From Stegostoma tigrinum (taxonomy: Eukaryota), in NCBI RefSeq assembly GCF_030684315.1, contig NC_081369.1, positions 548,828-612,688 of the forward strand: a DNA stretch of 63,861 bases. The letters run 5' to 3'. Below, piece after piece: positions 12,175 to 24,019 of the stretch. A model generated the notes under the pieces. The model was not told the DNA's origin, did no database searches, and saw only the letters and a list, made by a program, of their open reading frames with translations. The translations under genes and the position numbers were made by a program. How positions within the stretch are numbered: position 1 is the first letter of the stretch; each line of letters starts with the position of its first letter.

Positions 12175-12445
12175 AACATAGAACATAGAACAGTACAGCA
12201 CAGAACAGGCCCTTCAGCCCACAATGTTGTGCCGACCATTGATCCTCATGTATGCACCCTCAAATTTCTGTGACCATATACATGTCCAGCAGTCTCTTAA
12301 ATGACCCCAATGACCTTGCTTCCACAACTGCTGCTGGCAACGCATTCCATGCTCTCTCAACTCTCTGCGTAAAGAACCTGCCTCTGACATCCCCTCTATA
12401 CTTTCCACCAACCAGCTTAAAACAATGACCCCTCGTGCTAGCCAT
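12175..12445 (-). mobile_element. Young CR1 3' end
   Basis: TRGHCFKL...RFFTQRV ORF, (ttctatg)n tail; similar to 34110-34400. Confidence 0.88.
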
Positions 12446-12490
12446 TTGGGTTCAAGACAACAATAACATTGCTTCCATTGTCTGTTGTAG

Positions 12491-12601
12491 TGCTACCTTG
12501 GTGATGCGTTTCGTTGTGCCAGCTGCCCTTACATGGGGATGCCTGCCTTCAAACCTGGTGAAAAGATCTTGTTAGCTGACCAGACTCTCACCGACGCCTG
12601 A
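12491..12601 (+). CDS. CIAPIN1: CIAPIN1 last coding exon, second Fe-S motif and stop
   Basis: ttgtag| [39 protein letters not shown], the diagnostic Dre2/anamorsin C-terminus. Confidence 0.97.
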   Translation, partial: CYLGDAFRCASCPYMGMPAFKPGEKILLADQTLTDA

Positions 12602-12832
12602 CTTGCCTCGAGTGGGATTTGATGTGTTGTGATGCAATGTGTTTCACAGGCATTGCAATCTTGAGATAGATGTTCTGTCTGAACTGAACTCCAGGCTCTT
12701 TGTTCTTCTGTTTCCAGCAGAGTGATTGAACTCTGCCTTGAACTGGGTACATTCAGATGGATTTGGCAGTCCCATTCTGACCAACATGAGGTTTATTTGT
12801 AATCTGTGTGAAGTGTTTCCTGACATCAGAGG

Positions 12833-12929
12833 AATAAATGTGACATGTTTCACTGTTCTCTCACTGGAGCTGTGTAAATTGAATGATTTTGGTGCTGATT
12901 TATTTTTCTCTGTATACTCTGCTATTAAA
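12833..12929 (+). terminator. Candidate CIAPIN1 polyadenylation signals
   Basis: AATAAA 12833-12838 and ATTAAA 12924-12929, the latter followed by a GT/T-rich tract. Confidence 0.6.
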
Positions 12930-13416
12930 TGAGTGTCACCTTCTGTTGTTGTCCAATAATTTGATGGAGCTGACTCATATTTTTTTCAAATGTGCCTTTT
13001 ACTAGTCAGCTCCTAGCAATCGGTACTGAAAAGGCTGCCTTGTTTATTCATTCATGGGGTGTGGGTGTCACTGGCTGAGTGACACTCACATTATTTATTG
13101 CCATTATAATTGCACTGATGGTGAACTGCCTTGAACAACAGGAGGGAGACCTACAATGCTGTTAAGGATGAAGTTCAAGGAATTTGACCCAGTGACACTG
13201 AAGGGATGGTAATATATTCTGAGTCAGGTTGTAGACCGGCTCCTGACTTGTATTTTGTGGATGGGTTTTGGGAGGTCAGGAGGTGAGTTCCTCGCTGCAG
13301 GATTCCTAGCCTCTGACCTGATCCTTCAGTTGCAGTATTTATGTGACTGGGAGTTGTTTTGGAACAGTTTGCGTGATAATGAGTCATGATTGTCTGCAAA
13401 AGATTGTGCAGCTGCC

Positions 13417-13422
13417 TTTATT
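13417..13422 (-). terminator. Candidate poly(A) signal of chemokine-like locus C
   Basis: TTTATT on + (AATAAA on -), about 270 nt past the exon-3 stop. Confidence 0.45.
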
Positions 13423-13688
13423 GTTTGCTGATAGAGAAACATTCCAGATTATTAAAGTAGCTCAGTTATTGGATATTGAACAAGAAATGAGATAAATAAG
13501 ACAGAAAGGCCAACAGTGAACTAGTTTACCAAGACTGAATCTTGGTAAAGGGATTGTGGCCAGCTCATGTGAGTAGGCAGTGATTCATCGGTTCTCCAGT
13601 GTTATTGTTAACGTGTGAGCCATGACCTTCTGAGTCATGACAAAGTCCACATTTGCTGCTTTGAGCACTTTCTCCATGACTCCTGCAT

Positions 13689-13788
13689 CTAACGCTGCTG
13701 AAACTGTTTCTTCAGAATGTCCAGCGCTTTTTGCATCCACAGTTCCTTTGGGTCAACACAGATCTCCAAACCCCCTGTTGTCTTGAAG
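13689..13788 (-). CDS. Chemokine-like locus C, exon 3 (intact)
   Basis: Polypyrimidine tract ctctttgttctctgctcag|; phase 2; (L)FKTTGGLEICVDPKELWMQKALDILKKQFQQR-TAG, a classic chemokine F-x-T...ICVDP..W helix exon. Confidence 0.88.
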
Positions 13789-14660
13789 CTGAGCAGAGAA
13801 CAAAGAGGTTATAATGTGACGGGAGGTCAGTTTAACACATGGTAGAATCTCCACTGTGAACTGGAATTAGCTACTCTGGTGTCTCCACCATTGAACACCC
13901 ATTTCCTAAGCATTCCTGCAAAGTGTTTGATGGGGACAGTGTAGAAGAAACTTTACTCTGTATCTAATCCTGATCCCTTACAATTCTGCAGATTAGAACA
14001 GTAAACAGTGCAGTCTCACCACGGCCTAGTACTTGTTAGTTATTCTTTCACAGGACTTGGCTAGGCCAGCATTTGTTGCCCACCCCTAATTGCTGTGGGT
14101 CTGGAGTCATGTAGGCCAGACAAGGTAAGGATGGCAGTTTCCTTCCCTGAAGGACATTAGTGTTGCAGTTTTTGTACTCCAACTCACTTGCTATAAAAGC
14201 CAACATTCCATTCTCCTTTACAATTAATATAATTGTGACTGATCCAACTGTACCCTTATTCCACTTTCCTCCCTGAACCCTTGAAGCCGCCACTGATCAG
14301 TACTCTCTGACCTGTTTGTGAATGCTGAGCGATTTGTGTCATTTACATCATGCCTCAGGAGCCACCTAATCCTGTGCGCTGTGCTGACTGTGTACTGGTG
14401 CCCAATGCCTGGGCTATCACTTTTGGCACTTTGGCAAGCCCCATCACGGTTTCACATTCCTGAATGGTGTGTTCAGACCCTTGAAATCCTGAAGATCAGT
14501 ATCATTTTCACCTTAATGAATTGTTTGAGCAGCTTAATACCTGTGATTGAGAGTCTGTGTGAACAAATATGGTTTACTAGCTTGTTCAGTACATTTCCCA
14601 TTTGTTCAGGACCTACAATATGAGCCCAGTGTTCTTCATATCCTGCTACTAACAACTTAC

Positions 14661-14810
14661 AGGACACCAGGGGATGAGCAGTCTGGCATTGCCTTGGAGC
14701 TGTCAGTGTGTCCTTCTTCAGGTACAAGAATGCTCTGAATCGCTGTGGATAAAGAATATTTACAATATTAAAAGTGGTGGAGGATTGTTGAGAGCAATTG
14801 CTTTGGTTGA
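14661..14810 (-). pseudogene. Chemokine-like locus C, exon 2 (degenerate; alternative in-frame acceptor at 14742)
   Basis: Ends ...MPDCSSPGV-ct|gtaagt (C3, phase-2 donor as in chemokines). The acceptor at 14810 gives VNQSNCSQQSSTT (CC apparently mutated to CS) but is out of frame with the 3' end. The acceptor at 14742 gives an 82-nt in-frame exon lacking C1 and C2. Confidence 0.65.
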
Positions 14811-16526
14811 CTGTAAGCAAATGACCTCTGTAATGAAACAGCGCTGGCTTTGAATTTCCAAAATCCTTCACACTTCTGATATATCAGTCATTGCGTCATT
14901 CAGTGTTGGGCTGGGGCGAGGCCACTCAATGTGTCTGCCATTAGTTCAATTTGTCCTTGCAATCTGCAAGTCAGGAAATTCAAACAGATTACAGGATTTT
15001 TGACTATGAAGGAGAAAATGATCAGAGGTCTGGTCATGTAGTTGGAATAGTGTGAACTGAAGTCTTGTCTGGAAAAGTGAGGAATATATTTGGGATGCAT
15101 GAACCAGGTTACAATGCAGATCCATGAGACAATTACAAATTCACGTGAACATTTGCCCCTATTAGCAGAGGCCGCAAATATGACAGTCAGTTGCACTGGT
15201 CCAGGATAAAGCACCAGCTAGATCACAGATGGAGCTCTGACTGCAATTCTGGGTACTGCAACACAGTTTAGAGCTACATTGAACAATAGATCAGATTGGG
15301 GTCACAGGGAGCAACTGGACAGCAAGGGTTAAGGAGGAATGTCTGGATATGTTAGCTTTAAGAAAATGGCTGGACAGGATGGGAAATGTTTCCTTTGGGA
15401 TTAGTATTGTGAGAGGTGATCTGCGATCTCGAGTTGGAAACGTCAGCCTTGGTAATCCTGGATGTTGATTTCACCATCAAGAGGTAGGTTCTGGTCATTA
15501 GGGGTAACGTATAATAATTGAGGGGTGGAGAAGGAAGGAACTTTTTCCTCTTGGGGGCGGGATCAATGACTAGATTAGGGGTCTTAGATTTCAGAGAAGG
15601 GGCAGGAGGTTAAGAGGAGTCGCAAGGAGGAATGTTCTTCACCAGAGGGTGATGCGAATCTGGAACTCTCTGCCTATAAAGGCGGTAGAGACAGATACCC
15701 TCAGAACATTTAGAAAATATTTACAAGCTCACTTGCGATTCTCAGGCATACGAGACTGTGGCTAAAGTGCTGGAAAATGGGATTAGAATAGTTCGGAGGT
15801 TTTGACCGATGCAGACTTAATAGACTGACTGACCTTTTTCTGTGTCATAGACTTCTATGACTGATATCAGTGCTGATGGAAGCTGGAGACTGTACATCCC
15901 CTTAGTCTTCCTGGCACTGATTGTCAGTCTAAATGCTTTACAGATCCAAGTGACCTCGAGCATGGGGTGCCACCGTGGCATCACTGGCAAACCCAATTTC
16001 TGCACTGGGATATGGTCTTGGTGCAGAGACCTGTTAAGTTGTACAGCCTGCTATCAGGTCTGGCACAGCGATAGAAGCTGTTTGAGTGTCTGACTACATA
16101 CAATAGCAGCATTCAGCAAAATACAACAGTCAGCTCTGGGAGCCAATTCCCACCTGAAACTCAAAAATCTCTGTTGTTGCTCCTTTTTTGATGGAGCAGG
16201 CACCCAGAGTCCTGATAGTAAGGGTAACGTCAAAGACTTTGTGGAGACATCGTACATGTATCTTGTTAGATTGAAGGATTGAGAAAGAAATGGGAAAGAG
16301 AAAGACCTGAAATGAAACCAGGTACTGAAAGAGAAATATAGAGGAAAAGAAGACAGGAAAGAGAAGAATCAAAAATGAAACAGTTCTAAATCTGCCAACA
16401 ACTATCGTGCACACTCAGGAGAAAACTGCTGAAAGCACTGTAGTGTGAAAGTCCAATCACTCACATGTAACAATCCTATCTGTAATTCAAAAGGTGTTTA
16501 CATTCCTAATCATCAGATATCAGTAG

Positions 16527-16872
16527 GGCCGGCACGGTGGCTCAATGGTTAGCACTGCTCCTTCCCTGGGTTCAATTAGACCTTTGGGTAACTCCCTGTG
16601 TGGAGTTTGCACATTCTCACTGTGTCTTCATGGGTTTCCTCCAGGTGCTCCGGTTTTCTCCCACAGTCCAAAGATGTGCAGGTTAGGTGGATTGGCCGTG
16701 CTAAATTGCCCGTAGTGTTCAGGGATGCGTAGGTTAAATGGATTAACCATTGGAAATGCTAGGTAACAAGGATGGGGTGCGGTGGGTATCATGGGGGGCT
16801 GAGTCTGGGTGGGATAGTCTTCAGAGGGTCAGAGCAGACTTATTGGACTGAATGGCCTGTTTCCATACTGTA
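16527..16872 (+). mobile_element. HE1-like SINE
   Basis: tRNA head and conserved core as at 1757. Confidence 0.9.
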
Positions 16873-17074
16873 TCGATAGATATGTCGATGGATTTATATC
16901 TAAAATGATATTTGATATGTTAGATGCTAAATTGCCACAAATGAGCTAAATTGTTATACTTCCATTCACTTATAAACGAGGAACACAAGTAAGTCATTCA
17001 ACCCTTCAAGCCTGCTCGACCATTCAATAAGATCATGGCTGATGTGATTTTAACCTCAACTCTATATTCCCATG

Positions 17075-17285
17075 ATAGTAGGAACTGCGATGCTGGAGAA
17101 TCTGAGATAACAAGGTGTAAAGCTGGATGAACATAGCAGGCCCAGCAACATCAGAGGAGCAGGAAAGCTGACGTTTCGGCTCTGGACCCTTCTTCAGAAA
17201 TGGAAGAATCTTCTGAAGAAGGGTCCAGACCCAAAACGTCAGCTTTCCTGCTCCTCTGATGTTATCCAGCTCTACACCTTGTTAT
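17075..17285. mobile_element. Palindromic Penelope terminal-repeat insertion with 15-bp TSD
   Basis: Inverted arms; TSD CTCTATATTCCC(A/G)TG at 17060-17074 and 17286-17300. Confidence 0.85.
17168..17197 (-). ncRNA. Minimal hammerhead ribozyme core
   Basis: CUGAAGA-AGGGUCCAGAGCC-GAAAC-GUC on the - strand; the + arm (17213-17242) has GAAA mutated to AAAA. Confidence 0.6.
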
Positions 17286-18094
17286 CTCTATATTCCCGTG
17301 TATTCCCAATAATATTTCAGCCCATTTTTAAACAAAACTATACACCTCCACTTTAAAAATATTTAAATTGAATCATCACTGGCCACAAGACATCTTTACA
17401 CTGGACAGGAACAGGAACCCCAGCCGATCTCACCGCCTATCTCCACCTCCACCCTCACCCTCACCCTCAACCCAAATATCACTCGACAGTGATCAGAAGC
17501 TTCAGCCCTGGCTAATTTCCTCTGTCTAATGCAGGGATCACTGGACAGTGATCAGGAGCAGGAAACTGGCCAATGTCTTCTTTTTCTAATCCAGGACTCA
17601 CTGGCTCGGTATCTCATTTTGACCTCATCTCTACATTCCTGCATACCCCCCCAATCCTTCATTCCCTTAGTAATCAGGAATCCAGTTTTCTTGACAATGA
17701 TCAAGAATGGGGCTGATCTTAATCTACATCAAGCTCAATCTCTCACCAGGAAAGAAATTTGATCATTTGGAAGGGGCAAAAAAGTAGACTGGAAAAGAAA
17801 CACTGACACACATAGGAATGTTGAGATTGGCCTGAGCTGGAGTTGTGTGTTAAGTGCCCTTGTTTGCTATGATCGATCTGTACTACTCACAAAACAAAGC
17901 TTTTCACTGTACTTATGTACATGTGACTGCAATAAATCAAATTAAATCAAATCAAATCGAGATGGTGAAGACATTGTTCCAGTTCTGTCATTTCCCTTTT
18001 GACCTCAAAGTGCAGACTGGAGAAAAACTCCACAAAATCAAACTCATATAAAAAGCTAAACCATTCCCTGACGATCAAATCCTGTGACATTTAC

Positions 18095-18158
18095 CTGCAC
18101 CATGACTGATCCAGACTATGTCCAGGAGAAGGAGTCCAACAAGAAGGTAATCTTTCAT
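18095..18158 (-). CDS. Chemokine-like locus C, exon 1 (signal peptide)
   Basis: ATG...MKDYLLVGLLLLDIVWISHGA-g|gtaaat; 64 nt, phase 1, typical size and phase for chemokine exon 1; linkage to exons 2-3 is inferred. Confidence 0.7.
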
Positions 18159-18619
18159 AGCTCAGCCTGTGAATAGCAGCAGTGAGTGAGGCAGTGCAGA
18201 TCAGTGTTCTGGGGCTAGCTCCACTCAGCTGTGACTGGAACAGGAATGTGTGATCCTGCTCCTAATGACAACTGGAAAACTTTCAAATCAGGCAACAATG
18301 CAGGAGAGATTTACATTCCAGCAATGATTATACCGAGTACCAGTCTTACTAAAATCGCTGAATGAGAAGCAGTGAGATGTGGAGCTGCCAGATGGGGGTT
18401 TGAAGTACACTGTGACTATGCTGGAGTTTGTACTGAGCAGTTTATCCTTAGACCTGAGTGTATCTGGACGATGCAAATCTAAACTCCAAACACGTAGCTA
18501 GATTAGTCACCAAGGATAATACTGGCACCGGACTGTAGGGTAGAGAGAAACACTGAAACAACAATGCCCATGTCTTCAGAATATATAAGCAATACCAGCC
18601 ATACCTCATTAGCTAATTG

Positions 18620-18799
18620 GAACTAGTAGGAACTGCCGATACTGGAGAATCAGAGATAACGGGGGGTGTAGAGCTGGATGAACACAACAGGTCAGGCAGC
18701 ATCAGAGGAGGTTGAAGAGTCCAGACCCAAAACATCAGCTTTCCTGTTCCTCTGATGCTACCTGACGTTCTGTGTTCATCCACCTCTACGCCTTGTTAC
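18620..18799. mobile_element. Palindromic Penelope terminal-repeat insertion with 13-bp TSD
   Basis: TSD CATTAG(C/A)TAATTG at 18607-18619 and 18800-18812. Confidence 0.8.
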
Positions 18800-20036
18800 C
18801 ATTAGATAATTGCGTTCTGTGGCACAGAATTCAACAGGTGATGAAATTTCTCTTCATCTCAGTCTTAAGCGGCCTACCCCATATCCTTAAACTGTGATTC
18901 CCCCCCCCCCCCACCCTGCTTCTGTTGGGTGTCCCGTCACCTCTATGTTCCATTGCCTCTGCTGACTATACATCTGAGGAAGATCCCATGTAGGAATAGC
19001 CCCTTCTTTCAAATTTGGGTGCCCACTGTCCCAGCTCAATATATTTGTGAAATTTACTCATATCTCTAGAGGGTAAAGGTGTTGAGGGGATCAGGAGAGA
19101 ACAACATTAAGGTGTGGAGATAGAGCATCAGCCATGTTAATGATGAATGGTAGAGTGGGATTTGGTGGTCTGAATGGCCTTACTTGCTTCTGTCTCCTCT
19201 GTTTGTACAACCGCTGGTGGTGAGGTGGCAAGTGTCTGAGAACATCTCAAAAAGTCTACTGATGTTTCTGACTTGCTCTTCATACCACCAACGCCCATGA
19301 AATGGTGAAGCTGTGTTGTAATCCACATCAACACTGAGATTTCATCGTCTCGTGAGCTGATGTTTGCAGTGGGTAATTAGGGAGCATGTTAATGACAATG
19401 AGCCACTTGGCTGGGTTTCAGGTGCCATGTCACCATGCCTTGGGAAAACATGTCTGGAACTGGTCTCTGCTCAAAACATTATCGTCAACTAATCTCTCCC
19501 ACCAAAGGACTGCAGCATTTCAACAAAGCAATGTGCCACCACCTCTTCAAGGGTGTTCAGGAATGGGCAATCGAACAACCTATGTACCCCAAACCTAAAT
19601 CTAACTGTATAGATTTGTTTCTTGCCACTACTACCCTTTTCTGAAACCAGAGGGACTACAGTTTTTTTTCAACATTGTGCTGTCTTGGTAGGTGGTAGAA
19701 ACAAGTACAGTAGCAACATTTAAGAGGCATTTAGATAGACAGATGAACAGGAATACAAGGATACAGGCCTTATGCAGCCAGATGGGTTAGTTTAGAACAG
19801 CATCACGGTCAGCATAGACATGATGCTTGGAAGCGAAATAACTCCCCAGAGGCTGGTATCCTGTCATCGTGTCATCCTTTATTTACATGTGAATGTCCTT
19901 GACACTGATCCAGTTCCCCCGGAGCCAGCTCTGCGTGTGAACAGAATCTTTGAAACTCCCATTTATACTTTTTTAATATAAACCTCCACACTACTGCTAC
20001 TCAGCAGTAGTGCCTATTTTCCCCACAGCACCTGTG

Positions 20037-20038
<2 letters not shown>

Positions 20039-20068
<30 letters not shown>
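20039..20068. repeat. (GT)n microsatellite
   Basis: Uninterrupted gt run. Confidence 0.95.
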
Positions 20069-20070
<2 letters not shown>

Positions 20071-20664
20071 GTGAGTGCAGGGATTCAGTAAAAAAAATGT
20101 GAAAAATAATTTTGTTTAACATTTCCACCACCGGGAAAAGTAGGCATGTGGCCAAGGAACCAGTAACAAGCAAAGCCTGGTAAGGACAATGCTGACGTGA
20201 CAAGCAAAGTAAAGGGGCCAGGATAGCGATTTAAATCAATGTCGAGTTGAAGGGGGAAATAAAGCACTTAACCCACACAGTGCCCACCCCTCCCTAAAGG
20301 TAATATGGACCAGGGTAACAGCCCCAATCAGGGAACTCATATTTTATGAAACTATCTGGCTGACCTCATTACAATCACTAGACAAAGGTCCTATGCTTTA
20401 CTGTTCTGTGCCCTACGTAAAGGAATGATGTTTGTGGTTCTGCTCATACCTTCCCAGAGAGCTTCCTGAAACGCACGTACACTTTGTAACACAGTTTAAC
20501 TCCTATCTAATCCACCTTCCCAATTCTCAGCCAATCAGCTGACATTGGCTTACTCCATGAGTGGGCAGTGACCAATGGAAGGTGAAGATGAAAACTGGTG
20601 GGAAATTCAACCTGGTTTCTCTTGAATGGAAAACTGAAAGCTGAACAATTACACCCTTGTCCAA

Positions 20665-21212
20665 ATTAAGCAGCTGAACTCATCTTGAACCTTAACAACT
20701 TCTCCTTCAATTCCTCCCACTTCCTCCAAACAAAGTGGGTGGCCATGGGTACCTGCATGGGCCCAAGCTATGCCTGCCTCTTTGTAGGATACATGGAACA
20801 ATTCCTTCTCCGAAGCTACACTGGCCCTATCCCCCACCTCTTCCTCTGTTATATTGATGACTGCTTCGGTGCCGCCTCGTGCTTCCATGAGGAGCTCGAG
20901 CAGTTCATCCACTTCACTAACACCTACCACCCCAACCTCAAGTTGCCCTGGACTATTTCTGATAACTCTCTCTCCTTTCTGCATCTCTCTGTTTCCATCT
21001 CTGGCAACTGCCTGGAAACCGATATCTATTTCAAGCCTACCAACTCCCACAGCTAGCTAGAATACACCTCCTCCCACTGACCTTCCTGCAAAAATGCCAT
21101 CTCCTATTCCCAATTCCTTCACCTCCGCCGCATCTGCTCCCAAGATGAGGCATTCCACTCCTGGACATCTCAGATGTCCTCGTTTTTCAAGGGCAGCAAC
21201 TTCCCCTCCACG
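20665..21212 (+). mobile_element. Penelope (Neptune-like) reverse transcriptase fragment
   Basis: NNFSFNSSHFLQTKWVAMGTCMGPSYACLF...YIDDCF...TDIYFKPTNSHS. Confidence 0.9.
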
Positions 21213-21453
21213 ATAGTCTCTCCCATTGGTCTCCAACCACATTTGTCCCTGTACCGTAAACAGCTTCACTCAGTTTGATGATTGGAGTAGACATGTGGAA
21301 AGTTAGTTAATTACCATTCACAGTCTTTCATTTTAATGAGCACAAAAACAGGATTATTGCAAATGATCAGAGAATCAGTTTGTGGATCCAATCTTCAAAC
21401 AGATTCTTCATTCTGCCTGTCTCCCAGTGTAACATCAGTCAATTCAACACTCC

Positions 21454-21626
21454 AAGATAGCAAATTGTGGAGCCGGATGAACACAGCAGGCAAAGCAGCA
21501 TCCGCTTGGCAATCTGTGTTCATCCAGCTCCACATCTCGTAAGATGCTGCTTGGCCTGCTGTGTTCATCCAGCTTCACACTTTGTTATCTCGGATTCTCC
21601 AGCATCTGCAGTTCCCATTATCTCTG
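21454..21626. mobile_element. Palindromic Penelope-derived insertion in the chemokine A 3' UTR, 13-bp TSD
   Basis: TSD A(A/G)TTCAACACTCC at 21441-21453 and 21627-21639; empty site in copy B near 51786. Confidence 0.9.
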
Positions 21627-21681
21627 AGTTCAACACTCCGCATGTTTCCAGTGGATTGAAAGGTTGTACTTTAAGTAGGTT

Positions 21682-21784
21682 CTAGCTTTCAATCCCCAAT
21701 TTCTTCTCCAGATATGCCACTGCATTTTGAACCCACTTCTCACTGGCTCTCGTACAAATTCTCATCTTCCTCCTGTTTGTGAAG
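21682..21784 (-). CDS. CC chemokine copy A, exon 3
   Basis: ctctttcag|; (I)FTNRRKMRICTRASEKWVQNAVAYLEKKLGIES-TAG, with C4 and conserved WV. Confidence 0.93.
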
Positions 21785-21886
21785 CTGAAAGAGTGAGATG
21801 AGATTATGATTATCAGAGAATCACAGGTATGAGCTCCAAACCTTTCATTTCCACAGACAGTGATAAAAACACTGTAAAACACTCAC

Positions 21887-21995
21887 ATGATAGAGGGAGT
21901 GGAGCAGCCAACCGTCCTGGTGAAGCTTACGAGCCGTTTATGAGGAATGCGAGTGGTCTTAAAGTTCTCACAGCAATCGAAAGTGACAGAGCCGG
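21887..21995 (-). CDS. CC chemokine copy A, exon 2
   Basis: cctcattgcag|...|gtgagt; AGSVTFDCCENFKTTRIPHKRLVSFTRTVGCSTPSI; adjacent CC plus C3; phase 1-2. Confidence 0.94.
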
Positions 21996-22356
21996 CTGCA
22001 ATGAGGAAGAGTAGGAATGGAGATGGTGAATCCTTCAACACATTCACAGCACATTCTCACTGACAGCCTCCTTTTCCTCCATGTTTTCATCCAGAAGCAC
22101 TTTGAGTGTACACAACACAAACAGACCATTCAGCCCACCTGTTCCCTGCCGCAGTTTCAAACCCTCCTGGCACAGAACTCACTCAACCCATCCACATATC
22201 CAGCTATTTATCTCTCCCTCATATGTATATCCAGTCTCTCTTTAAAACATCTTAATATTATTCACTTTCACCACTCCTTCCAGCCTCAGGGTACACTTTC
22301 TAATCACTCTCTAGCTAAAGCATGTTCTACTCCATTCCTAATGGGATTGATTAGGA

Positions 22357-22671
22357 GTTTTTTCCCAGAGTGGGGGACTCAATTACTAGGGGTCATGAGT
22401 TCAAAGTGAGAGGAGGAAAGTTTAAGGGAGATATGCGTGGAAAGTTCTTTACGCAGAGGGTGGTGGGTGCCTGGAATGCATTACTGGCGGAGATGGTAGA
22501 CGCAGACACATTAGCGTCTTTTAAGATATATATGGACAGGTACATGAATGGGCGGGGAGCAAATGGACACAGACCCTTAGAAAATACATGACAGGTTAGG
22601 CAGAGGATCTCAAACGGCACAGGCTTGGAGGGCCGAAGGGCCTGTTCCTGTGCTGTAATTTTCTTTGTTCT
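22357..22671 (+). mobile_element. CR1 3' end insertion specific to copy A intron 1
   Basis: TRGHEFK...KFFTQRVV ORF; TSD TTGATTAGGA at 22347-22356 and 22672-22681; absent near 52510. Confidence 0.88.
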
Positions 22672-22829
22672 TTGATTAGGAATTGTCCTCAGTTCTGCTC
22701 TCTATCACAAGTGGAAACATCATTCCCACACCCACTCTATCAAACCCCTTGGACATATCCAAAACTGCCATCAGGCCTCTTTTCAGACTTCTGACTACTT
22801 GTGGAAAGTCTTGCAGCCATTTCCACACT

Positions 22830-23615
22830 ACAAACGTAAGATGTAGCATTTTGGTAAAGGAAGTCAGGCCAGGACACACAGTTAATAGTAAGTTCCTAGG
22901 GACTGTTATCGGACAAAGAGAACTTGGGTTGCAGTTTTATAGTTCCTTGAAAGTGGAGTTGCAGGCGGACAGGGTGGTGAAGAAGGCTTTTGGTAGACTT
23001 GCTTTTATTGGTCATTGTATTGAGTACAGGAGTTGGTAGGTTATGTTGTGGCTTACAGGACATTGGTTAAGCCAGTTTTGAAATACTGCATGCAATTCTG
23101 GTCTCCCTACTCTTAGAAAGACGTTGTTATTGTAAGGGATCAGAAAGATTTGCAAGGATGTTGCCAGTATTAGAGGCTTTGAGCGACAGGGAGAGGCTGA
23201 ATAGGCTAGGGGTATTTTCCCTGGAATGTCAGAGGCTGAGGGGTTACCTGGCAGAAGTTTAAAAACGAATAAGAGCATGGACAGAGTGATTATTCAAGTT
23301 CTTTTGCTCAAGATAGGCAAGCCCAAAACTGGAGGGCATAGGTTTAAAGTGAAAGGGTAAAGATTTAAAAGGGAAACCAATGGGCAATATTTTCACCTGG
23401 CAGGTGGTGTGTATGTGAAATGGGCTGTAAGAAGAGGTAGTGGAGGCTAGTATAATTACAATATTTAAGTTACATCTGAATAGGTATATGAATGGGAAGT
23501 GTTTAGAGGGACATGGGCCAAATGCTGACAAATGGGACAAGATTAATTTACAATATCTGGTTGGCGTGGACAATATGGACCAAAGTGTCTGTTTCCATAC
23601 TGTATGACTGTATAA
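22830..23615 (+). mobile_element. Older CR1 3' fragment in chemokine intron 1 (counterpart ~52675-53500)
   Basis: QRELG...DRVVKKAFG...EYRSW ORF. Confidence 0.8.
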
Positions 23616-23934
23616 CTAGACATTGAATATTGACAGGGATTGGAAAGACAGAGCAGGACAGATTAACCATCATTCTAGTAAAAACCTAGTACCAGCTTAA
23701 TGGGCTGAGTAGTCTCACATGCTCTCTCTCGCTCTCTGTCTCTCTGTTTTGATGTGATTTTATTTGGCATCATTGGCCCACAGTTTCTGAATGGAGTGAG
23801 GAGGGATCATTACATTAACCCTAATAAGTAACACAAACAGGCAAGGGAAAGCAGCAGGGGCACTGGAACCTGTTCCTGTTTTCCTCATTCTCAAGTTCTG
23901 AGCAAAGATTGGGAAGAAGGAAGGCTTCTCTTAC

Positions 23935-24019
23935 CTGGTGCAGCAGAAACACCATCTTGGATCGAGCAGGTTGCCAGTGCTCCCAGCACAACAGTAGCTA
24001 CACACAGTGCTGTCCTCAT
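23935..24019 (-). CDS. CC chemokine copy A, exon 1 (signal peptide); 98-aa precursor
   Basis: gccaggATG; MRTALCVATVVLGALATCSIQDGVSAAP-g|gtaaga; 85+109+103 nt gives an open 98-aa frame. Confidence 0.93.

Noticed and set aside
11698-12201. Long ORFs of 110-150 aa
   Set aside because: Artefacts of the N gap and CT-rich low complexity.
16054-16257. ORF containing ADCC as the missing CC exon of locus C
   Set aside because: Nearby acceptors do not match the phase-1 exon 1 in that frame, and cysteine spacing is not chemokine-like.
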